A DNA stretch of 64,000 nt from Eledone cirrhosa (Eukaryota), in contig OZ024743.1 of NCBI GenBank assembly GCA_964016885.1, positions 372,620,001 to 372,684,000 of the forward strand, written 5' to 3'. This document shows positions 25,901-39,077 of the stretch, piece by piece; position 1 is the stretch's first letter, and the number at the start of each line of letters is the position of its first letter. Position numbers and translations under genes: made by a program. The notes below the pieces were generated by a model. The model was given only the letters and a program-made list of their open reading frames with translations, ran no database searches and was not told the origin of the DNA.

Positions 25901-26617
25901 TTCATCTTCACTCCACATAAGTGAGTGGTGACTTTAGCCGATGCATAATAGAGATGATTTAAATCAGTAATGTTTAGTTTGTTTGTGATGATAATGTTTT
26001 TGAGAATTATGTTAGTCTTGTGTATTATCTTTTGGTTCTGTTTGGAGTTCTGGATCTTAGGGAGGGTGTCTCGTTGCCCCATGTCAGATTCTTTCATTTT
26101 CATCCATTCGATCATAATTTCATCCTTCAAGTTGGCAAGTTCATTCTCATTCATTTCTTTATCATTTACGATCTCATTATTTTCATTTGGAGTTTCATCT
26201 TGAGCATGCACTCCCTCCACTTTTTCGATCCTTTCTTTAATTTGTTCTGTTGCCAGTGATTCCGCCCCAACCCTGGGATTCGAAGTGTTACAATTTACCT
26301 CGTTTTCACTGACACATGTTTCATTTTCCCTTCGCTGACTTTGTGCTAATAGCTTGATCTGATCAATTTCTATATCAGTTAGTAACTTTTTTCTTACAAT
26401 ATTTCTTCGTATATTGGCTAGTTTGTTGCTATCAATATAGCCTCTGTTTTCGGGATGTTTCTTTTTCCAGTTGATATATGTCTGTTCTGTATTCGATGTA
26501 TTTAATGGGTAGTACATGGCAGTGTAGAGAGCCTCAGGGACTTCTTTATTATCTTCCCTTGACCATTTTTCTCTCTTTTTCTTTGGATTTCTTGGTGGTG
26601 AGCATGGAGGGCCAACA
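22985..26617 (-). mobile_element. R4/Dong-clade non-LTR retrotransposon, family B
   Basis: Single long ORF plus ~140-nt 3' UTR, bounded by (ATT)n tracts at 22963-22984 and 26618-26650. Confidence 0.93.
23128..26617 (-). CDS. R4/Dong-type polyprotein (reverse transcriptase, CCHC, restriction-like endonuclease), about 1160 uninterrupted codons
   Basis: Motifs NYRPITCL, IDYKKAFDS, GIFQGDSLSP, LFYMDD, YKYLG, CRVC...HIISMC, RHD, NRPDI and EKLSKY. The N-terminal MTEIQG-poly-I in the ORF track comes from flanking DNA. Confidence 0.92.
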
Positions 26618-26649
<32 letters not shown>

Positions 26650-26651
<2 letters not shown>

Positions 26652-27388
26652 CTTGAATCTCAGTCATTGATGTTGGTTAACTGGAAAGTCCGTTGGAATG
26701 AATATCAAGCCACTACCTGCAGCCTCAGATATTCAGGACGTATCGGAGGGTTCTTGCTGTTCCCAGCAAGCATGCCTTTTGAAGCGTTCCAAAAAGCGTG
26801 AAGGGGCCGATTTTCTTTAACCATCCCTGGAAACTTTTGGAGATAGTCCCCAGTGCGCCTATGACAATCGGGATCACTTTGACTTCATGGCAGTTCCAAA
26901 TCCTTTTTACCTCCCACTTTAAGTCCTGGTATCGGTTAATTTTCTCCCTCTCCTTCTCTTGCACTCTCGTGTCGAATGGGCAGGCCACATCCACAATCAG
27001 ACACGCTCTTTTTTCTTTGTCCACAACCACCAGGTCAGGTCTATTGTGTTCCAGTTTCTTGTCCGTCTGTATCCTAAAATCCCACAGCACCTTCACCTGA
27101 TCGTTCTCCATCACCGCCTCTGACCTATGCTCATACCATTTCTCAGAATGTGGTAAATTGTTTACTTTGCACAGGTGCCATTGGAACTGGTTGAGAAGAG
27201 GAGACCTCAAAAAGGCTACAGAAGGAATGTTAATGGCTGCGCAGGAGCAGGCCCTCAAAACGAAGTGGTTGAAACACCATATTTACAAGGAGGAGGCTAG
27301 CCCACTGTGCAGGATCTGTGGAGAGAGAGAGAGGAGACTGTGGCTCACATTGTATCCGAGTGTAAACACCTAGCCCAGACCCATTCAG
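26650..27388 (-). mobile_element. R4/Dong family A fragment with 5' inversion
   Basis: 26650-27180 matches the family A 3' end on the - strand. 27181-27385 encodes the upstream segment WNWLRRGDLKKATEG...LAQTH on the + strand. Confidence 0.88.
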
Positions 27389-27427
27389 AATTATTATTAT
27401 TATTATTATTATTATTATTGTTGTTAT

Positions 27428-27645
27428 TCCTTGAATCTCAGTCATTGATGTTGGTTAACTGGAAAGTCCGTTGGAATGAATATCAAGCCACTACCTGCAG
27501 CCTCAGATATTCAGGACGTATCGGAGGGTTCTTGCTGTTCCAAGCAAGCATGCCTTTTGAAGCGTTCCAAAAAGCGTGACGGGGCCGATTTTCTTTAACC
27601 ATCCCTGGAAACTTTTGGAGATAGTCCCCAGTGCGCCTATGACAA
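27428..27645 (-). mobile_element. R4/Dong family A short 3' fragment
   Basis: Nearly identical to 26650-26867; (ATT)n on both sides. Confidence 0.88.
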
Positions 27646-27880
27646 TTATTATTATTATTATTATTGAATGCCATGGTTGACGGAGGCTCGGCTCTGTAAG
27701 GTATAGTAATTTTTAACCGTTAAAACAATTGTAAATTGTTTAAAACTTGAACCAAATTGTTGATAAAGACACCCTCCTCCTCGTGAGAGGGGTCTTTCTG
27801 TCCGTTATTTGGCCCTTCGGGGTTAAATAACCAGTTATTGGGGTTTTGTACCCAATATTCATTTTAAACAAAAAAACAAC

Positions 27881-29990
27881 ATGGCTACGAAAAAGAATTT
27901 TCATAGGTCACTCCCACTCATTCCGTCTTCTTCTTCCTCAATCATCACTACAGCAGAGAGAAGATTGTCTCTCTCCCTCCCTTCTTTAAATGTGTCTCTC
28001 TCCCTCCCTTCTCTTTCGCAAGTGACGAAAGAAAAGAAAAGTCTCGTGCAAAGCGTGCAAGGTTTCTCCACGACGACGACGACAGCGACGAAACAGGTGT
28101 GCGGGAAATACGAAAACCCAGTTCATTCGTCTGACGTCAGGAATAATAGCAGTAGCAGCCGTAATAACAACAGCAACAGTGACAATGAAAACAACAGTAG
28201 CAGCCGCAACAGCATCACCAGCAGCATAAACAACAACAGCATTAGCAGCAGCAACACCAACAACAACCACAGCAACAGCGGCGGAGGCAGTAGTCGTAGT
28301 ACCTGCAGCAACAACAAAAGTACCAGCAGCTCTGACGACAACAACAACAGCAGCAGCAGAGAAAAACCAATCTCATTTGCAGGTATTGCGAAAAACTTGG
28401 AAACAATCCTCATAACAAATGAGGAATTAGAGGAAGCGAAGAAGATGGTGACAAAGAATGGACACCGAGCAATCTGCAAGGCAGCGGAAAATTTTTTCGA
28501 AACCCAAGAGCACTGTACGGTCACGTACCGTACAGTAAGTACAAAATCCCGTAGGGTGGAAAGAGCCACAGAGGCCCAAATACAAAAAGCCCTGGGATCT
28601 GTGTGGCAGCGGAAAACGCACATCACCCGAGGCAAAAAATATGCAACCGTAGACGTACTTTTTGCCACACCCCAGGAGGCAAAGGCCCAATCAGTAGTGA
28701 CCCTAAGGAGCGAGGAAATAGTGTTGGTGCCCTCCTACTCCGGGCAAAAAATTGTGAGGGTCAAACTGACCCACGTCCCCCCCCCCCCCCGGAATGGCCC
28801 CTTCTTGGCTGGCCGCGTCTGTCCTCGTCGGAATCGAGGACAAAACAACTGTACTGCAAGTACAGAAAAAAGTAAGAGAAGATTGGGTCGGCACCTCCAT
28901 TGAGATGCTAATCCAAACCAACCAGGAGTGCATCGAAGCTATCCCGGATGTGATAGACTTCGATAACGGCACTCAACTGCCCATAAGTGTTGAGGGCAAA
29001 CGCCCGAAATGCTTTCGCTGTGGATCGAAGACTCACCTCAGGGCCTTCTGCAACGAGAAGACCCTGAGAAAGGAGAAAACCCCCCTCCTTTCGAATCCGG
29101 CTCCACGGCTACCAGCAACAGGACAAGCGGCAACCAGGAACGATAGGTCCGTGGCACCCATACCCACTCCACGGAAATCAAAAACAGCAGCAGCAGTGGA
29201 AATATTAACAACAACAACAGCAATACCAAATGCAGCTGCAACAGAGACTCCAGTGCAAACATCACCAACAACAACAAGTGAAAGAGTGGAGCTGGTACCC
29301 CTCCCCGACCTCACAGAATCAGACATGGAGTGTGAGGTGGCAGAGGGATGGCAAAAGGTCGTAAGAAGGCACAAACGCAGAAGCAGCGCATCGTCGCCTT
29401 TGAAAAGGGAGGAAAGAAATGAGAAAAGGGTAAAGTCTACTGCAAAGAGACCCACAGCAGCAACACCACCAACACCATCACCACCCACACTAGCACCACC
29501 ATCACCACCGGCGACAACCCCACCGCCAACAACACCTTCAACACCACCACCACAAGCACCAACATCGCAAACACAACAACAAAACACACACACCCAGCAA
29601 CAACGACAAGAAAATAGCAGAACCACACCCCACCCCCAGAAAAACAAATGCACGGCAATAAATACACACAACAAGAAACTAATGACTTACATAATTGAAC
29701 ACACAGACATTTCACAACAGGACTACATAATACCAGCACCAATCAAAACGCCAACTAACATAAGACTGCTAAAAATAGCACAGAAACAATACACAAACAT
29801 TAAAACGAAATTCCCCAACGCAGTTGGTGATTTCAGGGACCTAGGAGGAACCATCAATCGAAGAGTATATTCAGACATTCTCTTAGAAGAGCCGACGACC
29901 AGCCGAAGGGACGATTCAACGGTCCCTTCACCAGACGATCAAGTGAAAAGGGATGTAAAAACCATCCCTCCTCTACCAAAAGTACGGTAA
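27881..29990 (+). CDS. Tx1-clade ORF1p (nucleic-acid binding, CCHC knuckle), one frameshift at poly-C 28777-28790
   Basis: ORFs 27881-28903 and 28794-29990 join at the C run; CFRCGSKTHLRAFC knuckle; low-complexity S/N and P/T tracts. Confidence 0.82.
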
Positions 29991-30025
29991 GTGGTCTTTC
30001 CCATCTTTTCCACTCTATTTTAAAC

Positions 30026-33000
30026 ATGACCTTACTCAGAATAGGCAGCATAAATGCGCGTGGCTTGGGGTCGTCATGGAAGCAGGGTCACCTGCTCAAC
30101 GACCTCAGGTCACTAAACATAGATGTAGTGGCCATCAGCGAGACCAGAATCTCCGAAGCACGGGCCTTCGCACCGATCTTCGGCGGCTACGATATGTACG
30201 CATCTCCCAGCCGTCCTGGATCGGGTGGAGGAGTTGCTGTGCTTTTTCGGAGAGGTTTGGATCTCGCCATACGGGCCATCTTCCTGGACCCAGAGGGTAA
30301 GCTGGTGGTGCTGGACGTGACCAGCGGAGACGGGCAAGCTTTCAGGCTAGTGGCCGTCTATGCCCCGACAGGAGCAGGGCGGCCTGATTTATTCCGGCGT
30401 CTGGAGACCTTTCTTGGAACGTCCCGCTCTTTAGTGTTAGTGGGCGACTGGAACGGGATCTTAGATGCACGCTGGGACTGTGTGGGATTAGCGGATAGGG
30501 GTGGAGGGTGCAAGAGCCTCACCAACCTGCTCAGGCGTTTTGAACTGTCTGACAGGTACCGATTGGATTTCCCGAATGTGCCAATGTGGACTTGGACAAA
30601 CCGCATAGGGTCATCCAGATCATATCTAGATAGAGTATTTTGTAGGGAAATAGATAGGTCTAGCATAGGCTGTCCACAATTCAAGATAGTCAGCTACACG
30701 GACCACAAATTCGTGATCTGTGTGCTTGACTTAGATAGGCTTCATAGACGAGGACCCGGCTACTGGAAGCTAAACGCGTCCTTACCAGCGCGCAAGGCCT
30801 ACAGAGACCGGATTAGCGAACTAGTTAAGCGGGCGTTGACGGGGGCCATCGTCAACAACAAGTGGTGGTTTGCTCTGAAAAGAGCGATTAGAATAGAATC
30901 GATTAGGTTTAGTAAGGCTTTAGCAATAGAGAAAAATAGAGCAGAGGGAGAACTAGTTAGAAAATTAGACGAGGCGCTTAGCAAAGGCATTGCGACCGAC
31001 GTGCTTGCGGCGAAATTGGCCCTTGACCAATTCTTCAATGCAAAGCACGAAGGCTGCGTTGTCAGAGCAAGGGTGCGTGCTCTCAGACACGAGGGAACGA
31101 AAGCCGTTCAATGGGCCCGAGTGGCGGAGGCGCGTCGTGGCAACAAAGCCACGATCCGGTCTTTGGTGGACCACGACGGGCGCATGCTACTCAATCCCGG
31201 GCAAATGGGTGAAGCTTTTCAGCGACACTTCGCTCAGCTGTTCGGGGGCAGCGGTGGGCCGGGTAGAGGGATGGACTTTAGTGTCTACCTCGACGGACTG
31301 CCGCGGCTCTCGGCCACTGAGGCGAAGTGTTGCGAAAAGCCGATAACAACCGCTGAAGTAAGGGAGGCAATGACTGGCTGCACAAGGGGTAAATCGCCTG
31401 GTTTGGATGGTCTGCCCTATGAACTTTACGTACAGATGCCAGACTTGTTCGGAGGCCTCTTGGCGGACGTCTACTGCAACTGGCAACAGAACGGGAGAAT
31501 TCCCAGTTCTGTGAGCCGAGGAGCGGTGGCACTGCTGAGAAAGGATCCGAACAAGGGGGATAACATAGACAATTTCCGGCCCATAACTCTGCTAAACACA
31601 GAGTTCAAGATTTTGGCCAAGGTGCTAGCAAAGAGGTTGGCGCTTGTCGTTGGTGGTCTGGTGGGAGAGGCGCAGACATGCGCCATTCCCGACAGATCCA
31701 TCCACGACAACCTCCACCTCATGCGATACATCATAGAGAGGGTAGCTAAGGAACCTGGCACGGGTGGGTCCTTGATCAATTTAGATCAGTCGAAAGCTTT
31801 CGATAGGGTCGACCATCGTTACCTAGCGGCAGTCCTGAGGGCGGCTGGCTTTGGGCCCGTCTTCAGAGGCTGGATCGCTGCCATGCACAGCGACATCTGC
31901 TCTGTGGTGAGAGTGAACGGTCACCTGTCGGAACCGTTCAACATCATGCGCTCGGTCCGCCAAGGATGTCCCCTCTCGTCCCTCTTGTACGTATTGACTC
32001 TCGAGCCATTACTGCACAAACTGGAGACATTGAGGGGAGTCCCGCGCGAACTAGGATGCGGAAGATCCGTGTCAGCATATGCGGACGATGTCACCGTAGT
32101 GGTGTCGAACGCCAAACACATCGAGGCGATCGGCACTACACTAAGAGAATACGAAGCGGTGACAGGAGCAATGATCAACCAGGAAAAGTCAGTGGGCCTG
32201 CAGCTCGGCACCTGGAGAGGCAGGTCCATGCCGTCCAACAGCGTCGTCGGACGCTGGACGGACGGACCGGTTAAATTGCTAGGGGTCTGGTTCGGTCCGG
32301 ACCTCCAGACGGACAAAAACTGGGACGAGGTGACGAGCAGGGTGGCTTCTTTCACCCAGAAATGGGCGGAGAGGAAGCTATCCCTGAAAGGTCGAGCGGA
32401 GGTGGCTAACGCGTACATCGCGTCTGTCATCTGCTACCGCCTGACCGTCGTACCTTGTCCTAAGCCTCGCCTGACTGCGCTGGAGCGTTTGCTCTTTCGC
32501 TTTTTGTGGAAGGGACGTGCTCCGATGGTCAGGCGGTCCATCTGTTGTCAACACCCGCTACGTGGAGGGCTGGGCATGCCGTGGCTGATGATGCGCAGGC
32601 ACGCGCTCAGGCTACGACATCTCCACCTCTTCCTCGACGGTGATCAGGTGTGGTCGCCGTTTGCTAGGCGCGTATTTCCCCAGCTCGTTTCCTTGACGGA
32701 GCTGCAGTCCTGGGTCAAGCGAAGACCGAGAGGGAGCGCCTGGAGACTGGAATGTCTTCAGGCGCTCACAGCCCTCGACCAATCGGACAATGTGATCGGT
32801 GGAAACTCCACCTCGGCGTTCTATAGAGGATTAGTGGAGGGTAAGAGCGACGACGTACTTGGGGAAACTCTAGGCGTCGACGAAAATCAACTAGCCAATC
32901 TCTTCGGAAGAACTTTCGGGCCAGGGCCTATGGACAACTTCCAGAAATCTCTGGCCTGGCAGTGCTACCGAGGAGCCTTGCCAGTTCGGGATAAACTCTA

Positions 33001-33426
33001 CAGGCATGGAGGTGCCGTCAGCCGGGCATGTCCTAGATGCGCGCAGGGCGATGAAACCGTCCTGCACGCACTCGTCCAGTGTCCGAAAATTGCTGACTTG
33101 TGGGTTTATATCGAACACCTGCTGTCGCGTTTAGGACGGATCCGGCTATCATCTGAGTCCATCGTGAGGATGCCCCCCCCCTCCCGCCCTCCTCCTTTAG
33201 CCGGGAAGGGCAGGCAGTTTTTATCTGTCTGGTGGCCATGGCGAAAGAGATAGTATGGTGGACACGTTTGAAAGGGCTGAAGACGAGCACTTACCTCTTC
33301 GGTGATGCTCTGATTGACTTTTTCAAATTTCATTTGAAAAGGAAAATCAGAGTAGAGAGGGAAGTGCTCTCTTCCCAGCATTTTGTTGAAAGATGGGTGA
33401 GAGAAGCAAGAATGGCCCTACTCTGA
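30026..33426 (+). CDS. Tx1-clade ORF2p (APE endonuclease, reverse transcriptase, Zn motif), one frameshift near poly-C 33173-33181
   Basis: SINARGL, ISET, VYAP, GDWN, YLDR, TDH; KSPGLDGL, FRPITLLN, DQSKAFD, QGCPLS, AYADD; CPRC...HALVQC; tail continues in ORF 33232-33426. Confidence 0.93.
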
Positions 33427-33826
33427 GTATATACCTGTAAATTAAAGGTTGAAAACTGGGAGAGGGCACTTGCCTTGGTGGTCAGGGTCACTGTGGCTTT
33501 TTACTGGGCTGAAAGATGGGTGAAAGAGGCAAGAATGGCCCGAGTGAATGGACCTACTCTGAGTATGTGTCTGTAAATTGAAGGTGGAAAACTGGGAGAG
33601 GGCACTTGCCCTGGTGGTCAGGGTCACTGTGGCTTTTTAATGGGCTTTCTCCACGAATGTCCCTCGGAAGTCTCCTCCGTATTGGGGAATTTTTCATTGT
33701 TATTTTTTTGTTACATCCTCTGTTTTTGTTTTTTACACGCAGAAATGCCCATTTGTACCGTCCTGTATTGTCCTGTACTGTCCTTAATGTCTACTTTATG
33801 TAAACCCTTGTGGTTAATAAAGAAAG

Positions 33827-33863
<37 letters not shown>

Positions 33864-33864
<1 letters not shown>

Positions 33865-34092
33865 GGGCGGTGGATAGGCAGTACAAGTAGAGTATTGGAC
33901 ATCATGCTTTGTAGGATAGAGTTACGTCCCTTTATGTTCTGAGTTCAAATCCCGCCAAAGTTAGCTTTGCTTTTCGTCTTTAAGGAATCGATAAAACAAA
34001 GTAGCAAAAACGAACTGGGGTCAATTTAATTGACTTTCCTCTCCCTAAAAATTGTTGGTCCTGTGCCTAAATCAGAAGCCCTTATTATTATT
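33864..34092 (+). mobile_element. tRNA-derived SINE (family 1)
   Basis: A-box-like GGCGGTGGATAGGCAG, B-box GAGTTCAAATCCC, shared body and ATT tail. Confidence 0.78.
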
Positions 34093-35689
34093 CTGGTGTC
34101 TATGAAGTGTGTCTCTATGTTACAACTGTAGAACATAGCTATAAAGCTATAGTACCGACACTTCTTCTTTGTTTCTCTGGTGTGTCATTGGGGTTAGCTT
34201 ACGGGGTTGATAAAATAAAGTACCAGTAATGTAGTGGGGTTGATTTAATCGATTTTACCCTCTCCCAAAATTGTTGGCCTTGTGCCTAAATCAGAAACCA
34301 TTATAAATTCAGTGACTGCTATAGAACACAACTATAAAACTATAGTGCCGACATTTCTTCTCTGGTCTCATTAAAAATTCTGTGGTGGTTTGTTCAGGAT
34401 TACAAAAAATAATTTGAAAAAGGAATAAATAATTAAATAGAAGAAAAAACAGGAGGAGTCTCACTCTCTCTCCCCCTCTCTCTGTATGTGTGTGTGTGCA
34501 TGTGTGTGCATTTGTGTGTGTGTGTCTCTCTCTCTCTCTCTGATTGTGGGCATACGTGAGTGTGTATACATGTGTGTATGTGTGTGTGTAATGTATTAAT
34601 CTGTAATCAATGGCTTAATCGTAAGCTGATGTTTCATATGACAGTATTGTCTGGGAGGGGGGGGGGGCTTAGATAGAGACACCCCCCCACCCCATCCACC
34701 CCCCAAAACACAATACTGAATAGGAAGGAAAGGGAGGGAGGAAGGAATAATGAGAAGAAAGGAAGAAACAAATAAAGGAAGAAAGGAAAAAGATGATGGG
34801 GTGGGGTGTAGGGGAGAAATAAAGGGAGCAAGGAATTGAGGAAGAGGGGAGAGAAAGAAAAAAATGGATTGAGAGAAAAAGGGAAGGAAGAAAGAAGAAA
34901 TAAAGGAAGGGAAAAAGCAGGAAGGAAAAAAGGAAAAAAGGAAAAAAGGAAAAGGTATAGAGAGAGGGGAAGAGAAGGAAGTAAATTAAGGAAGAAGGAA
35001 TGTGAGAAGGGAAACTCCAATCAGATGAGCTTCTGCGATTTGGACAGATTTTTAGACTTATATCTACCTTGTTACCAGGGTCTATAAAGGTATGTTCAAT
35101 CAGTACACCAGTCCATGGTCCAGAAAACTAAGGAAAGGTTTGTAAATAAAAAAGCAAACCCTCTTCGGTCCCTCAAATTTTGAGAAGAGCTCCTATCTCC
35201 ACCCAAGTGGCTCAAAGTAGTTTCATTCTGCCTTACAAAATATCTCTTAGTATTCCTGCTTGTCACTCAGACAGTCACTCCAGGTAGAGCCACTACTACT
35301 CCAAAATAAGAGATCACATCTCTGATACTCTGGGCATGTGGTTAGAATATCTAAGACCCTTCCAGCAAAAGTTTTATAACAGGATTCTAGTTAAGAATGT
35401 TCTACTTAATAATGAGAAAGTTAGTTATATTACTAAATGCCTCCAAAGTTTTGATTATTTTCAAATCATATTCTTTACAAATATGTCTGCAAATGCAGCT
35501 TGGTGCCAGATAGATGAATGTAGATACTGTAAATTGTTCTGTCATTATATAATTTGGCATGAGATGTTATCTTGTGCTAGATTCTGCCACAGGAATGGTA
35601 GCATCATTTTAATATTTGCAGGTATAATTTAATTCTTTCTAAGATTGGCAAAAGACCAGCAATTTGGGAGAAGGACAAAGTTATAATAA

Positions 35690-37270
35690 CAATAATAATT
35701 GTTTCTACTTTTGGCACAAGGCCAGCAATTACCCAGTGCATTACTGGTACTTTATTTTATCAACCCCGTAAGGATGAAAGGCAAAGTTAAACTCGACGGG
35801 ATTTGAACTCAGATCGTAAAGGGACATAACTATGCTGGAAAGCATGGCGTTCGACCCTCTACCGGTACTGCCAATCCACCGCCACTATAATAACAATAAT
35901 AATGAAAATAATTGTGTACTGTGCTCAGATTCACTACAACTCATCAAAGGTGCATGTATAGTACATAGAATAATTTATCGACCCCCGTAAGGATGAAAGT
36001 GAAAAGTGTATGAGTCATGATATACACACACACATGCATGTGTGTGTGTGAAGAGAGAATATCAAGTGTAGTGTTGGCGAATTTCAGAAAGCATGGAAGT
36101 TGAATATATCAACCCCAGTACTTAACTGGTACATCATTTTATAGGCACCGGAAGAATGAAAAGCAAAGTTGACCTCAGTGTTATTTGAACTCAGAATGTA
36201 AAAAGACAGAACAAATATTATAATGGTATTTTATCTGACACTCTACCAATTCTGTCAATCCACTGCCCTGATATTAATTTTGGTACAAGGCAGGTATATC
36301 TGGGGGAAGAGGAAAATCAATTATATCAACCCTAGTACTTAACTGGTACTTTATTTTATCAACCCCCAGAAGGATAAAAGACAAAGTTGACTGTAGCAGT
36401 ATTTGAACTCAGAATGTTAAAATAATTCTTTATAATATTGACACAATGCCAGCAATTTAGGGGAAGAGGAAAATCAATTATATCAACCCCAGTACTTAAC
36501 TGGTATTGTATTTTATCGACCTCCAGAAGGATAAAAGCCAAAGCTGGTCTCAGAGGTATATGATATCAGAATGTAGAAAATTGTAACTAAATACCACAAA
36601 GTATTTTGTCAGACAACTTGCAGGTATAATTTCATACAATGTTTGGATTGGCAGTATCGGTAGAGGGTCGGACACCATGCTTTCCAGCATAGTTACGTCC
36701 CTTTACGATCTGAGTTCAAATCCCGCCGAGGTTGACTTTGCCTTTCATCCTTACGGGGTCGATAAAATAAAGTACCAGTAATGCACTGGGTAATTGCTGG
36801 CCTTGTGCCTAAAGTAGAGACAGTTATTAGTACATCTTGATATGCTTACTTGCCAAAATATTGTTATATCTAGTAGTTCTGGGATGGTTCACTGAGTTAT
36901 ATTCCTGATTTTAGATGTTCATATTCACTGTTGACTAACAACAGACACTCATGAAATTCTACTTGATGAGAGTTTTGGCACGGAGATGAATTTCACTTTC
37001 AATATTCAACACTGTAATGGTGGTCTGTTGGCAGAATTAGTTGAACAACATTGGATAAAATGTCATTGCAGTATTTGTTCTGGTCCTTTATATTCTGAAT
37101 TCAAATCCCATCAAGGTCGACTTTGCATTTCATCCTTCCAGAGTCAATAAAATAAAGTACCATTTGCTTTTTATCCTTCTGAGGCTTAATAAAATGAAGT
37201 ACCATCAAGTACTTTGGATGATTCAATCAACTTTACTCTTCCTCCAAGTTTACTGACCTTTACCTAAACT
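35690..37270. mobile_element. Cluster of about 6 SINE family 1 copies in both orientations
   Basis: Copies at about 35690-35890(-), 36110-36270(-), 36280-36420(-), 36440-36600(-), 36645-36826(+) and 37025-37270(+), sharing the B-box and GACTTTGCCTTTCATCC/GATAAAATAAAGTACCAG. Confidence 0.8.
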
Positions 37271-38412
37271 AAACATTAATATTCAATACCCAATGGAATT
37301 CCTACATTTAGGAATCATGATCATATTTTATTCCTTTCTAAAACTGTAGTATTTGCTAAAATTCCTTTGATGTTTCTTCTGTCTAGGTTTTACTGAAATT
37401 TCTTCAAATTTTACACAGATTTGGCTTTTACTATGATGCCATAAATCACTTTTTGCTCCCCGTTTCTAAGCTGTTTTTTATCATGATTCACCATTGGTCT
37501 ATTGATGTGCGTCAAGAAAGTCTCCGCCCAAGGTTCAAGTCTAAGCAAGGTATTTTGTGGAAGACCAGCAGTTGCCCATCCATGCCCATCTCCCTTCTGT
37601 ACATCCAAGGGGTAAAGCAAAGGCCAATACAGCTGGACATCAGTGCCATCTCAACTCATATATACACTATATATATATGTGTGCATGTGTAAGTGTGTGC
37701 ATCTGTGCAAGTGTGTATGTGTGTGTGTGTGTGTATAAATATGTACATATGTATATATCTCACTTATATTCTTGTACTCTACAGAGTGTATTAAGTACAT
37801 TTTATTATGGCACCAGCACTAGGGTTTTGTCATGTTTTTGACCCAACTGAAGAGTCCTCTTGTACCTTTCTTTAGCAGATTTTCTATGGCCAGATGCCCT
37901 TCATATCATTGACCACTTTATAATATGTACATATATATATGTGTATATACATATATATATATATATATATATTTCGTTTCTGAATTTGTTTAGCAAGATT
38001 CTTTATCTGAAATCATGTGTTGAAACCGATATTGTTATACTTTGGGAGGGTCATGTTGCCAATAAGAAACACACGCACCAGTTGCTTTCACTTCAATTTA
38101 ATTTATTATATATTTATAAATTTACAAATTTATAAATTTCTGGTTGGTTGGTTGGTTCCACAACCAGATAGTTGTTTATATATATATAGTCATAGTTCTT
38201 TCGTCACACACTCTGTGACCTCTTCAGTGACTGGGGATTTCTTTCTTCGTTTCTGTGCCTTTCCTTTCTTCTATCCTACGCCATTTTGTTTGTGTGTGGG
38301 TTGCGTGCTCAGTTTGCGCATGCGCCACATCCGGGTGTCTGTGTGTGTTTGTGTTCATTTTTCTATTTTTCTATTTATATTTTTCTATTTGTTTGTTTAT
38401 TTATTTATTACC

Positions 38413-39077
38413 ATATGGTAAATAATGACATAAATGGGACCTGCCCCTTGTATAGGAGCAAATTTTGGAATAGAATAGAAAGAACTAAGAACAAGGCCAA
38501 TAGAATAAACTCATGGTATGATAGCAATAAATACCAGAGTGTAATGTTCATCAATACAACCCCTAGAGGTGAACTAGCCTACAAATTTAGAAGGGCCCTA
38601 AAGAAACATAATCTCAATATTAAGATAGTAGAAAGACCTGGTACCTCCGTAAAAACACTTATTAGCAAGACATACCCGTTCCAAAGACCCTCATGTATAG
38701 ATAAGAAATGTATAACCTGTAAAATAAGCCCCCATATTAACTGTAAAACTAGAAATGTAGTATATAGCATAAGATGTACTGAAGGACAATGTAGAAACAA
38801 AAATATAGTGTACATAGGTGAGACAGCTCGTAGTATAGGGGAACGAATAAATGAACACTGGCGAGACCTCCAAGATAATAAAGAATCATCTGTGCTCTAC
38901 CAACATGCTAAGATAGAACACAGGGGTAAATTAGAGAGCATAGAAATAAAAATAGAATCCACACACAAGAAAGACGCAATGTTTAGGCAAATTACAGAGG
39001 CAGTAAGCATAAAAGAATTAAAACCAAAATTAAATAGAAAATATGAGTGGAACAGCAACATCACAACCTACAATTAA
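38413..39077 (+). CDS. Penelope-type C-terminal linker and GIY-YIG endonuclease (truncated ORF)
   Basis: C-x4-C-x2-C...CKTRNVVYSIRC...YIGETARSIGERINEH...H...H...RQITEA...LNRKYEW. Confidence 0.88.

Larger units (their letters stand above)
27667..33827 (+). mobile_element. Full-length, nearly intact L1/Tx1-clade LINE
   Basis: 5' UTR, ORF1, ORF2 and 3' UTR ending AATAAAGAAAGC; (ATT)n on both sides; ORF2 clearly homologous to 8617-14312. Confidence 0.95.

Noticed and set aside
38286-38412. N-terminal hydrophobic extension of the GIY-YIG ORF
   Set aside because: It is the inverted pLTR read in frame by chance, not part of the protein.
38413-39077. Host DNA-repair GIY-YIG gene or selenoprotein-encoding Naiad element
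   Set aside because: It is intronless, duplicated at 56680 and bounded by pLTRs. The endonuclease is C-terminal and has no in-frame TGA codons.
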